Source of the DNA: Camelus ferus | Taxonomy: Eukaryota | Assembly (NCBI RefSeq): GCF_009834535.1 | Contig: NC_045711.1 | Span: 48,050,001-48,114,000 of the forward strand | DNA: 64,000 nt | Direction: 5' to 3' | In this document: positions 24,401 to 35,552 of the stretch, one piece after another | Position numbering within the stretch: the first letter of the stretch is position 1 | How the letters are laid out: every line of letters begins with the position of its first letter | Made by a program: the position numbers and the translations under genes | Notes under the pieces: model-generated | The model's input: only the letters and a program-made list of their open reading frames with translations | Told to the model about the DNA's origin: nothing | Database searches by the model: none

Positions 24401-27400
24401 AACATTGGGTTTAAAGATTTATCTACATGTTTGCATGCAGCTGTAGTTTATTCTTTTTTGTTGTCATATAGCATTCCATGTAATGCTTATACCATATTTT
24501 ATTGATTCTGGTGTTGACGGGCATCTCGATTGCTTCCATGGCTGTGGACAGCTTCATACATATCTCCTAGTGTTAATGTGGAGTGGAATTGCTGGATCTT
24601 AGAGTGTGTGTTTCTTCAACCTCACCAGATGATGCTGAACTACTTTTCAAGCAGCTGTACTGATTTACCCTCTCGCCAGCAGTGATGAGAGTTCCCATTG
24701 CTCTACATCCTTAGACCTGTTTATTTTAGCCATTTTGATTCTGTGCAGTGGTATCCCATGGTTTTAACTGGCATTTCTCTGATTATAGATTTGTATCTGT
24801 TTTAAAAACAAAATAGTATTATTCTCTAATAGGGAGCACAGCATTACATGGTGGTTGAGAACCCAGGATCTGATGTTGGGACTCACGTTCCCACCCCTTA
24901 CCTACTCTCCTGAGCCTTGGTGTCCCCATCTGTAAAATGGGGATGATAATGATAACCTGTTCTTGGGCTGGCTGAGAAAAGGAAGTGAGTAGTGCAAGTC
25001 AGGGCACAACAGCAGCCCTCAACAAATGGAAACATTGTTGTAAAAAACAGACCCTGGCTGGTGAGTTGATTATTCCGTTCAAAGCCTGATGTTCCATTTT
25101 TGGCTGTGATGTGGAATCACAGGGGAACAAGTGTGGAGTCATACCTTTGTTTTCCACCACAATTGGGAGAGCAGGAGTTCAGAAAACAGAACATCAGAGA
25201 AAATGTGTTTTCTTTAGTTTTGAAATGGACCCTCAACCTATCATCCTGGAGTCTTGGCTGACAGGGCCCTGGATGAGTAGGGAGGGTTCTTGGGCCTGGG
25301 CCCCTCCACCCACATGCCCTTGGACCTTGGGCAGAGTGTGGCGTCCTTCTATGGGGCCCAAGACAGTTTTTTGGCTGGGGCTCTGTGGACCTTTCTGAGC
25401 TTATGATGACCCCTTTTCAGGGCACTTAGACGATTAGAACTTTGCTGGGCTTAGAAGAGAGATCAGCCAGGGCCTTGGCCTCTAGAAAATGTTTCTTTCC
25501 CTTCTGGATATACTAACGCCTTTTAAGGTGCCTATTTTCTTCTCAAGCCATTAGGTCGATGAGCCAAGTAATAACACCATTTCCTCATTTGCTGAGCAGA
25601 GGAGAGAGAGGAAGTGGAGAGGACTGAAATTTTATCAGGTGGGCGCAGGCAGACGGGAGCTGCAGCCTCACTCATCTTAGTCCATGATCCCCTCTGTGCT
25701 GCCTCTCCTGAGTTCAGTGCCTGTTGTGCCTGTCTCAAAGTTAGGGTGACCTTAGGATTGTCATCGCTTTTGAGAGGGAAAGGAGGTGCTATTCATATTT
25801 TTCCAGAACAGAAGACATGAGCTAGGACTCAGGGCAGATTTGGGCATGTGGTCACTCTGCCCCAGGAAAGGGCCTGTCCAGCCATGGCTTTGTCCTTGTG
25901 TCACCAGCCTCAGCCCTTACTGAATAATGAAGGTCATTTAACTTCAGAGCCTCATTTAACTTTGGTAAAACGGGAATTAAAGTGTACCTATCCAACTTAC
26001 TTTTTCGAGTGGTTATTGTCAGGGCTGAGGGCTAGTATAGATGACCTATATGAGCTCAGTGTGAAGAGCTGAGCGAATGTCAAGGTTCTTACTATTAATA
26101 GTAACAGGTGGTACCTGAATCAGTGGTGAGGAAGGTTCTTTTCCATTCAGGCTGCCACTGCATTGTCCTCCTGGGTCAGCTGGCCCTAATTTTACCCACA
26201 TATAGTGGCTTTTCAAGGAGCAAGATGGATTCCATCAGCCACTGTGTCTTTGAAACACACACATGTCCGTATTTGCTTTTAGCGCTGGAGTTTACTGGGT
26301 TCCTAGAGGTGGCTGGGAGCCTCAGGGCCACCTGGGAGCAGATGAGGAAACGGAGGCCCAGAGGGGAAGGGACTCTTCCAGGTTTACATGAGCAAGTGAA
26401 GGGTTCGTGGCTTCTGGGACGAGGTTTGGGAGGGATGCCACCACCCATGATGAAGGATGGAGACTTGGCTCCTTGGCACAGGAAGGAGCTGGAACCCAGA
26501 CATGTCTTCTTCCTCAGAGTCACCCCTTCACCGGTGCAGACAGAGCCACACCCAGAGGAGTGGGCTATCAGCCAGTATAGCTGAGCCCCGGCATCAGAGC
26601 CCTCTGCCCCTCAGCCCACCTCCTGGCTCCCTCAGGGCCTGGCGCAGGCCTCATCCGCCTCCATGTGTGTGCTTGCCCTCCCCTGGTCAGCAGCTCCTGG
26701 GGTCAGGCCTCTTTTCATTAACAGAAAGTAAACATGGGAAGCTGACCTTTTCCCACCCCTGGACAAAAGTCGGAAGGCCAGTTGCCTTGGGAGCCTAGAG
26801 GCCTCTCCTTGTCCCCAACCCCACCCCTCGCCAGTGGATGGGGCTCACAGAGAGTGGGGCTGGGGGAGACTCACTTTTTGCCCTTGTCTTAGGAGTCTGA
26901 GATCAGGACGCTGGCCCTGTGTCTTTGAACTTCACCCCTGGGTGCTCTTCTGTGTGGGAGTTCGGGGACCTGATGGGTTGCAGTCTGACCGGGGCTGCCT
27001 CCTCCCCTTCAGTTTATTTCACCGTGTGGGTGTGAGTCCCTGCTTGGGCGGGAGGGGAGGGGGCCCTAAGTGAGACACTCTGCCTCCAGATGGGGCCCAT
27101 CCTGGGCTTTGCTGTGGCCCTGCCTGTTCCTCCAACCCAGGCTGCAGTGGGAAACCATCCAACCACAGCAGAGAAGAGAGCGTTGCAGGTGTTCCCAGTT
27201 GACCACACTTGCAGACCTTTAGCCCAACAACTCCTGTATAAGCCCTCCCTGGCCAGGTGTTAGCTCTTGCCCTCCTTGAAAAGCGGATGCGAAGGAGGGG
27301 TGAGGAGACAGCAGAAAAAGTGGGAGGGGATGGCCAGTGGGGGCTGCCTGGCCTGGGGCAGCTTGATTGGGGTTTCTGGGCACAGGGTCACTCCTTCCTC

Positions 27401-28018
27401 TGCTCCTGGAAACAGGGCAGGCTTTGCCCTGGCTCCTTTCCCTGTCCCCTCTCCCTGACCCCATTTTCCACTGGGAGAAGCACAGGGCAGGATCCTGGTG
27501 AACAGGAAGTGAGAACCCACTTCCAGTCACGTGGTCCGAGGCCTGGCGAGAATTCAGGCCCGGGTCTGCTCGGGACAGGACCAGTTTTCTCTTGGTGTCC
27601 TGCTTTCCGAGGCTCCTCTGAGGGGTGAGGGGGAACTATTGTCATTCTCTGCCCCAATTCCTCCCCCAGCCTCCGTCCAGCCCAGTGCTCCTGGAACATT
27701 CAAACCGTGGTCCGTAGGCCTCTCCTTGGTTGCTTCCTCCTTACCAGTTTCCTCTCCAAAAGCTAAATAGACCCCCAAGGTGGGGTGTGGGCCACGTGCC
27801 ACTGAGAGTGCAGAGAGAAAGCCCTAGAACTCCTGGCTCTGGTTCTTCTTCATCTCATACTTTGTTTTATTCATATTCTTGTGTGTGAGTTTTACAGTAG
27901 ACATTTCGTATTTGTAAAGTGACATTTGTGTGTACTTAATAAAATAGATGCAATTTGGGAGGATTGTGCTAAAACAGATTTTACCCACAGGAATATGCAG
28001 TCAGTGTATTTGGGCAAG

Positions 28019-28360
28019 CAGGGGTCAGCGAGCTTTTTCTGTAAAGAGCCAGATAGTAAATATTTTAGGTTTTGGGGGTCCCAGGGCCCCTGTCGCAGCT
28101 ACTCTGCATCACAGCTCTGCAGTGATGGAATGAAAGCAGCCAGAGATAATAAACAGGTAAATGAATGGTGTGACTGCACCAGTAAACTTTTATTCTGGAT
28201 ACCAAAATCTGAATTTCATAGGAATTTCATGTGTCACCAGTCTTATTCCTCTTAATTCTGCCCACCCCAAACATTAAAAAATGTGGAAACCATTCTTAGC
28301 TCATGGGTCGTGAGCAAACGGGCTGTGGGCCCATGCATCAGAATTTGCCAGCCTCTACTC
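28019..28360. mobile_element. MER58-type hAT-Charlie DNA transposon remnant
   Basis: CAGGGGTCAGCGAGCTTTTTCTGTAAAGAGCCAGATAGTAAATATTTTAGG...GAATTTGCCAGCCTCT. Confidence 0.85.
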
Positions 28361-28550
28361 TAAAGGGTTCTCAAACTCGAGCCTGCTTCAGACTCAGCTG
28401 GCTAGCTTTTAAAAGTGCATATTCCTAAACCCCAGTTCTGATTTTGTGGAGTCTCTGGATGGCCCTGGAACCTGCATTCTAACAAGCAGCTCAGGCCTGT
28501 TAGAATCTAGTCTGGAAACCAGATTTTAAGAACATAGCTCTGGAGGATCT
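28361..28550. mobile_element. MER5A-like remnant
   Basis: GTTCTCAAACT...CCTGGAACCTGCATTCTAACAAGC; a similar fragment lies at about 22100-22190. Confidence 0.6.
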
Positions 28551-29019
28551 CCAGGGTCCTGGTGTGTTCAGTTCAGCTAGCCCTTGCTAGGTGCTCAGTG
28601 GGACATGTGATTTCTCCAGACCTCTTTTTGCTCATTTTTGATACCTGAGAAGAGAAGGAACCCATCTTGCGGATAAGGACTTACCCTCAGGGCATTTCTT
28701 ATCCCCATAGGCTGGGGTCCTCAACACAGACTCTAGAATCTCCTTGATCTTGAGTAACTCACTCTGCTTGTCAGTGCCTTAGTTTCCTTCTAGTCTGTTA
28801 AATGGTGACTGTACTGGACCCCTTTGTACATACTGCCAAGGTAAAATGAGCCCGAGATGCAGGACACCTAGCATGGTGCCTGGCACGTAGTAGGTGCTCA
28901 GTAAACAGGAAATTGACTGCTGCTATTTTATCAGCGGGAAATTTATCAGCTGCTAGTGCTGCTGTGGATTAGGGGGGAAGCAGGGCAGCCCCAGCCCCAA
29001 CCACAAGCACATAAAAATG

Positions 29020-29200
29020 ATTGCTTACATTTGTCTGGTGCTTTAGTTTACATGGCCCTTTTACACCCATCATCCCATTGCATCCTCTAGCAACCCCTGA
29101 GGGAGACACTGATGTCTCATTTTACAGAAGTGGAAACTGAGGCTTAGCAAAAGTTAAGTGCTCGTCCAAGGGCACATGACTGGTGGACCCCCGATGAGAA
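29020..29200 (-). mobile_element. MIR just upstream of LASP1 exon 5
   Basis: CATTTTACAGAAGTGGAAACTGAGGCTTAGCAAAAGTTAAGTGCTCGTCCAAGGGCACATGAC. Confidence 0.8.
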
Positions 29201-29324
29201 CCCAGCTGTCTCTGCATGGAGACCTCCAGGAGTCTCTCCCATCCCAGAATCTTGAGTGGCAACGGAAGGAGAGCTTTGGTTGGTTTGCTCTGGGTCCTTC
29301 ACTCAGCGCTTTCTGCTCCTACAG

Positions 29325-29472
29325 ATAAAATACCATGAGGAGTTTGAGAAGAGCCGCATGGGTCCCAGCGGGGGTGAGGGCATGGAGCCCGAGCGCCGAG
29401 ATCCCCAGGACAGCAGCTACCGGCGACCCCAGGAGCAGCAGCAGCCTCACCACATCCCGACCAGCACCCCAG
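29325..29472 (+). CDS. LASP1: LASP1 coding exon 5 (linker)
   Basis: acAG|ATA AAA TAC = [49 protein letters not shown]; donor G|GTGAGT; 148 nt. Confidence 0.98.
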
Positions 29473-29689
29473 GTGAGTGTGAGGGTCCCATCCCCACCGA
29501 GGGTGTGAGCACCAGGGTTAGGGCCTAAGCTGGGCTCCCGGTGCGATGGGGCACTCAGCCTCTGCTGCCAAATTCCCAACACCAGCCGGTGTGCACACCG
29601 AGACAGGAGCCTTGGGGAAGTGGGAACTGAACAAGCTTGTGGCGGGGTGGAAATACATGAATTGGGCTTCGTGGAGGAAGGGAGGGGCT

Positions 29690-29747
29690 CTGGGAAGGGC
29701 TGGGTTTGGCAAGACAGTTTCTGAGTCCATCTCCTGCCGTCTTCCAG
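29690..29747 (+). ncRNA. Mirtron-like hairpin at the 3' end of LASP1 intron 5 (positional counterpart of human MIR6779)
   Basis: G-rich arm CTGGGAAGGGCTGGGTTTGGC can pair with ...CTCCTGCCGTCTTCCAG, which ends at the acceptor AG. The 5' arm resembles hsa-miR-6779-5p as recalled. Expression is unknown. Confidence 0.5.
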
Positions 29748-29851
29748 TTTACCAGCAGCCCCAGCAGCAGCAGGCAGCCCAGTCCTACGGCGGCTACAAG
29801 GAGCCTGCAGCCCCGGTCTCCGTACAGCGCAGCGCCCCGGGCGGGGGCGGG
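29748..29851 (+). CDS. LASP1: LASP1 coding exon 6 (linker)
   Basis: ccAG|TT TAC CAG = [35 protein letters not shown]; donor GGG|GTGAGC; 104 nt. Confidence 0.98.
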
Positions 29852-30040
29852 GTGAGCAGCCCTGGTGGAGGTGGGACAGGGAGGCAGGCGGGCGGCCTGA
29901 GGAGGCCAGGGGTGGGTGGGCCTTCTCTAGGACATAGTTCTTGGACTCTCTTTAGAAAACCCACACAGGAGGCCTGGCTTCCTCTGACCTTTGACTCCAG
30001 CTTGGTTTCCATGTGCAGGTGACAGGGGTCTCAGCCTCTT

Positions 30041-30147
30041 TTAAAAAAAAAAAATTTTGTTTTTTAATGGAGGTCCAGGGGAACTGAACCCAGAACCTCG
30101 GGCATCCTAAGCATGTGCTCTACCACTGAGCTATACCCTCCTTCCAA
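30041..30147 (-). mobile_element. tRNA-Ala-derived SINE with 13-bp target-site duplication
   Basis: ...CTAAGCATGTGCTCTACCACTGAGCTATACCCTCC; GTCTCAGCCTCTT at 30028-30040 and 30148-30160. Confidence 0.92.
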
Positions 30148-30989
30148 GTCTCAGCCTCTTGAGCAGAGGGGAAGTGTGGTGAGTGGGCAGAGCCCTGGGC
30201 TGGAACTGGGGCCCTGTGGTCCGCCTGAAACTATACCTTGGGCGAGTCACATCTCCCCACCCCCGGCCCAAGTTTCCTTACTTCAGTGAATGGGGAGCAT
30301 GCGAAGCACTTTTCTGCTTGGGGCCTTCCAGACTGGGCCCTGCAACCCCACTCTCCGTGAGGATGACCCTCCGTGTCCTTCAGATCCCAGCTTCCTCCTG
30401 CCTCTGAGGGGCCTCCCAAACCACCCCATGTCAAGTGGGTCTCCTCTGGCATTTCTGTCACTCCACCCCACTGGTTTCCTTCAGAACATGTTTTCCAACT
30501 GAAAACAGTTCTCTGGATTTGTCATCTCTGTCTGTGTGTGTTGTCCCCCCCACCTCGCCCCCAGACTTGACACTCTCTGTGGATAGGGCAGCGTCCCTTT
30601 GGTTCACCTACTCTTGAGCCAGGCACAGAGCAGGCACTCATCAACTTTGGTGATGAAACAAACTAGCAAACTAGGAGGTGGGGTTGAAGTTCGGTCTGTA
30701 AGTCCTGCTGCTTTACTCTGCTGACAGGTGGAGCCAAGCTCAGCTCCTCTGCTGGGTACCTTGGATTTCAGAGTAGCTCATGTAGGATGGACAAGACTCA
30801 GAGAAATAAAATAGCCTCACATAAGTGGCCTGCCAGAGCCTCAAGCTCTGGACACACAAACGAGGGACTGTCAGTGCTATCTGGGGTCTCAGGTGGGCCC
30901 AAGAGGTCACCTGAAGGATAAGGTTCCAGATAGACCAGCCAGTCTTTCAGATTCTCACTAAGCCTCTCCTGAACATGAAGGATTTGGCT

Positions 30990-31870
30990 CTGAATAAAAG
31001 TCTACCTTCCTGCCCTCTTGGAGCTTACATTCCAGTCAGAGAGACAAACACAAGCAATAAATAAGTAGATATATAACCAAAGGTCAGAGAGTGGCACAGG
31101 CTGTGTAGAAAATGACAGCAGAGTGAGGAGAGAAGAGAGCAGCAGAGTTTTCAGGAAAAGAGTAAGTGATGCAAGAACAGCAAGTGCAAAGGTCCTGAGG
31201 CAATAATAGTCTAGGAAAGTTCAAGGATCAGCAGGCAGGCTCAAGTGACTAGAGGGCAAGAGGGTAGGGATTAAGATCCTATCATGCAGGGATTTATAGG
31301 CCACAGGAAGGCCTTTGGGACTGGTAAGCTGTGCTGAGTAAGGGGTTTGACTTGTGCTTTTAAAAGATGGCTTCTGTGCTGAGAAGTGGCAGGAGAGGGT
31401 TGAGGGTGAAAGCAGTGAGATGAGTTAAGCGGCTGTTGCAAGATGCAGGCATAGATGTTGGTGACTTGGCCCAAGAGGAGTTGGTGATAAAAGTGAGAGA
31501 TCCCTTCAGTCACTCAGAGAGGGGTGTTATTTCTTAATCCCATAGCCTTTGGGGCTGATGCAGCTGGTTTCTGCTGCTTGAAAAAAAAAGAGAGCTTGAA
31601 ATTCTGTGCTAAAGAGGATAGGGGGCCTCTGAAGGATTTAAAGCCAGGGAGTAACATCATCAGGTTTGCTTTTTGGAAACTTCCCCCTAAGATCACAATG
31701 GATGAACAGTTGGAGGAGGCAGGCCAGAGGCTGGAAACAGAAGGTTTGAACAGGGGTCCTGGCGGTGGGGTGGGGCTGTGGGGGCAGATCCTGGAGGTTT
31801 CTGATGGACCCACATAGATCCCAGGGCCTGGCCTGGGGGGCCACAGAGGCTGAGCTGCCCCCCAAAGACA
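30990..31870. mobile_element. L2 fragment in LASP1 intron 6
   Basis: CCTGCCCTCTTGGAGCTTACATTCCAGT...GCAAGTGCAAAGGTCCTGAGGC...GATTTAAAGCCAGGGAGTAACATCATCAGGTTTGC..AAGATCAC. Confidence 0.75.
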
Positions 31871-32408
31871 AGTCGATGTCAAGGGCAGTCAGGGTCAGAG
31901 GATGTTAGAATCTTGCCCACCTCCAAGATCACAGTTGGATTTCAAGTGCTTTTACTGGACATTTCCCAGAGCCGGAGCTGAAGCATGAGACCTTGGCCGA
32001 GGTAAGAAGGTGGAGCCTGATAGTTAACCTCTTGTGTCACCTGGAGGTTTTTCTCCCAGGAATTGGTCTTTGTCCTGAACTTGGGAACCAGATCATCAAC
32101 AGCTTCAAAAAAAAAAAAAAAAAAAAAAATGACTGATGCTTAATACAGGCATGTCAGATTTTTAAACTCTACCTGCCATGGTGGCCATCAGACCTCACGG
32201 AACAGGGCTATTGTAACCTCAGTCCCTGTCTTGTGTGTGGCCCTTAGTAGATACATTGTTAAAGAGGGGATGCTCTCAGAAAGTGAGGCACAGGGGTGAG
32301 AAAATTTATGGCAGGGTCCAGCCTTTGGTCGTCTCCCAGTCCTGGTCCATTGCTCACCCGGACTCTGCCTGGGGTCCCCCCTGACTGACCGTGCCCCCAC
32401 CCCTGCAG

Positions 32409-32582
32409 AAGCGGTACCGTGCTGTGTACGACTACAGTGCCGCCGACGAGGATGAGGTCTCCTTCCAGGATGGGGACACCATCGTCAATGTGCAGCAGAT
32501 CGATGACGGCTGGATGTACGGGACCGTGGAGCGCACCGGCGACACGGGGATGCTGCCCGCCAACTACGTGGAGGCCATCTGA
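32409..32582 (+). CDS. LASP1: LASP1 coding exon 7 (SH3 domain) to stop codon
   Basis: tgcAG|AAG CGG TAC = [57 protein letters not shown]. Exons 2-7 total 714 nt; with the expected 69-nt exon 1 (outside the window) this gives 260 aa. Confidence 0.99.
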
Positions 32583-35050
32583 GCCCACTGGGCACCGCCC
32601 TGCCCCATCCATCTTCAGTGCATTCCACCGCATTGCATCTGTCCTGGGCGTGACCTGTCCACCCTTCAGTGTCTCTGTTTTTTAAAATCTGCGACAGCTT
32701 GTCTATTCTCCCCCTCTTCCAGCTTCTTTTGCCAACTGAAGCCTTGTTCTGCCACTTTCATGGCTCCTTCCTCCGGCAGGTTTTCCCATTGACCAACTTT
32801 GTGATTTTCTCTCTGGATGGATCAGGTGTGGGCCGCTCTTGGGAGGGGAGGGGGCGAGGCCCATGGAGCTGGTCTGGGTGGGAGACCAGTCGGCTCTAAG
32901 TCCTCTGCCTTCTCTCTTTTCTGCCCCCTCAGTCCCTCCTGTCCACCCACCCAGACATTCCAGGGCCCCAGGACTCCCAGGGGAGGGGCTCCACATATTC
33001 CCAGAAGTGGACCCCACCGCCCTTGCTCCTGGAACGGGGATGGGGGTGTGGAGAGGGTGCTGCCATTGTGCAGGGCTGCTGGCCCTCCAAGGTTCCCCTC
33101 ACCACCCTCTCCCCCTCTCAAGGGCAACAGGAGAGGGTAAAGTTCCTGCTTGGGGATTCATTCACCCCCTCCCCTCACAGTTCCTTGTCACACTGTGATT
33201 TTGCTCTCCCGCCCACGCGGGCCTGGTGTGGGCCAGGAGCTCCCCAGGAAGCACGGCTTGCGTCCGGTTCTCGCCTTTCTTCAGGGACAGCTGTGGGGAC
33301 GAGGAAAACGAGGTGTTCTCTCTGCAGCCCTTTTCCCTCACTCCCACCCCAGTCTCCAGGGTCCCTGGCTTGCCTCCTCGGCTGGAAGTCATGGTTCTGA
33401 AAGGTAGAATGAGGAACGCTTGGTGCTTGTTTCGCAGCACATATACTTAAAAAAAGAGGAAGGCTTGGGCCTCCCAGCCTGCACAGCCCAGCCCCTGAGA
33501 TCTGGTTACCCGCCTCACCTCCCCCCTCCTCCTGGGAAGATGTCTCTGGCCTTCCATGGCCCCCCAACCCCCCAACTCCGGCCCGACACCAGGTGGACTG
33601 GACTGTGCGAAGCCACAGGCCCCTCTGTATCTCCAGGACCTCATGGGAGTGGGGGAGGAGTGCATGTCTGCAGGTGTCTGTGACAGGCTGGAGTGAGTGT
33701 AAGCACGAGAGAAGCGGGTGGGGTGCAGCCCATGTGAGGGTGCACGGAACTGCCTTCTCTGTTTTCCTCAAACCCACAATGAGAGGGGTGGCCCTGGGGG
33801 AGAGAATTCCTTATGTTTTCTTGGGAGTGAAAAATCCCACCTTTTGCTTGTGGCCCCAGATGGGGAAGCCCACCATCCCCCTTTCCAATGGGCAGGGCAG
33901 AAGTGAGAGGTGATTGCGTATTTGGGGGCTGATGTTGGGGCCTTTAGCTTGCTGGGGAGGGGATGAGGGCAAAAGTTTGTGGCTCCAGGCATACTCTTCC
34001 CCCATCTCTGTGTCCTGGGCTGCAGAGTAGGGGACCAGAGGACCCTGTGTCCCTTACACTGTGTTCTCTGCCCCCAGGCCTCCCCCTCATTTACCTAAAG
34101 CCTCGCTGAAGCAGAGAGAGAGGGTCCCAGGGCTACAAAACTGGAAGCACAGAGCCGGGATGAAAGAGGGAAAGATGGTGCTATCTCCTAGTCCCTCTTC
34201 TCGCTCGTTGGTGGGTATGATGACCTTGCCTGGCTTTAGTCATCTCTGGGCTTGCTTGTCACCCTCCTGGGTGTCCCCCTCCCATCTTCACCATGGGTCC
34301 ACTCGGGCCCCACAGTTGACATCTTTGCATCCTTGTGTCCTGCAGGAGAGGGAGGGGCCCATGGGCATATTAAATAATCAAGTCCTCACTGCTTGTGAGT
34401 TGACTTGGGAATATTTACCCCAAATCAGAGGGTTGAAACCCCTGCCTGACCAATCCTTTTTCCTCCTTGGCTGCAGCCGAGGTGAGGGCAGGTGGAGTGT
34501 CTTATATTGAGCAATTAGGGGGATGAGGGAGGCAAAGAGGGAACAATTTGGGGAGCCTTAGGGCAGAGACTGGTCCATTCTGTTTCCTCTTGACCTCAAA
34601 GCACAATGTGGATTCTGGGACCAAAGGTCAGAGACACATCCTGTTGGAGAACCTGCGGTTGGGAGGGTGGTGAGAGGGCCAGAGGCGGGGCCTGGAGGAG
34701 CAAGCAGCAGCCTGTTTTCACTCAGCTTAATTTTCCTTCCAAAACAAGGCAAAACAGCCACTGGAATCTTGCTGCCAGCCCTCTGCTCCTCCCACCCTAA
34801 AAATAGGGGAACTTTTCTTACACACCCCCAGAGAGAGGAGGGACTGTCACACTGGTGCTGAGGGACCCAGGAGCTGCTAGGAGTCCTTATTCCTTTCCAG
34901 AACCATCCATCCCTAGAAGAGCACAGAATCTCAAGGACTGGGCCAAGTCTCAGTCTTTTCTTACAGTTCACAGAGGGTTTTTAGCCAGTCTAATCCCAGG
35001 AAAGAAGATGCATCAAAGCTAGAATGTGAATATAACTTTAGTGGACCAAT

Positions 35051-35056
35051 AATAAA
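35051..35056 (+). terminator. Candidate proximal LASP1 polyadenylation signal
   Basis: ccaatAATAAAgtac inside the 3'UTR; use not demonstrable from sequence. Confidence 0.4.
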
Positions 35057-35459
35057 GTACAAGGAGCCCAATGGGGAGAAAAGTGAATTCTCTCAATATT
35101 GCTTCTGGTTTTCTTCCTCATGTCCCTCCAGGGAAAACTACTTATTGCTTAATTTCTGCCTTTTTCCCCTCACATATGCACTTTTGGGCCTTTTTTTTTT
35201 TTTTTAATAGCTGGAAAAAAATACCACCCCACAAACCTGTATTTAAACAGAAATGACCATGTGAAATTTGCCTCTGTCCGAACATTTCATCCGTGTGTGT
35301 GAAGCCGTCCGTTCATGTTTTTCTATGGGGTGGTTGTCTTTTCTTGGTCTGTTTTGGTCCCCTCCCTCGTGGGCTTTGCTTGGGATCAAATCTTTCTGGC
35401 CTGTTATGATTTTGAACATTTGACTTGGACCACAAGTGAATCTTTCTCCTGGTGACTCA

Positions 35460-35465
35460 AATAAA
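35460..35465 (+). terminator. LASP1 distal polyadenylation signal AATAAA
   Basis: ctcaAATAAAagtat with a (TG)n GU-rich tract about 55 nt downstream. Confidence 0.75.
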
Positions 35466-35516
35466 AGTATAATTTTTACCTGCAGACTTGATTATCTCTC
35501 TGGCTCTGAGGCACTG

Positions 35517-35517
<1 letters not shown>

Positions 35518-35551
<34 letters not shown>
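35518..35551. repeat. (TG)n microsatellite, about 17 units
   Basis: Directly visible TG run. Confidence 0.97.

Positions 35552-35552
<1 letters not shown>

Larger units (their letters stand above)
32583..35490 (+). other. LASP1: LASP1 3'UTR (3' end approximate)
   Basis: Follows the TGA with no recognisable old repeats; carries several miRNA seed matches; ends near AATAAA at 35460-35465 followed by a GT-rich tract. Confidence 0.8.
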
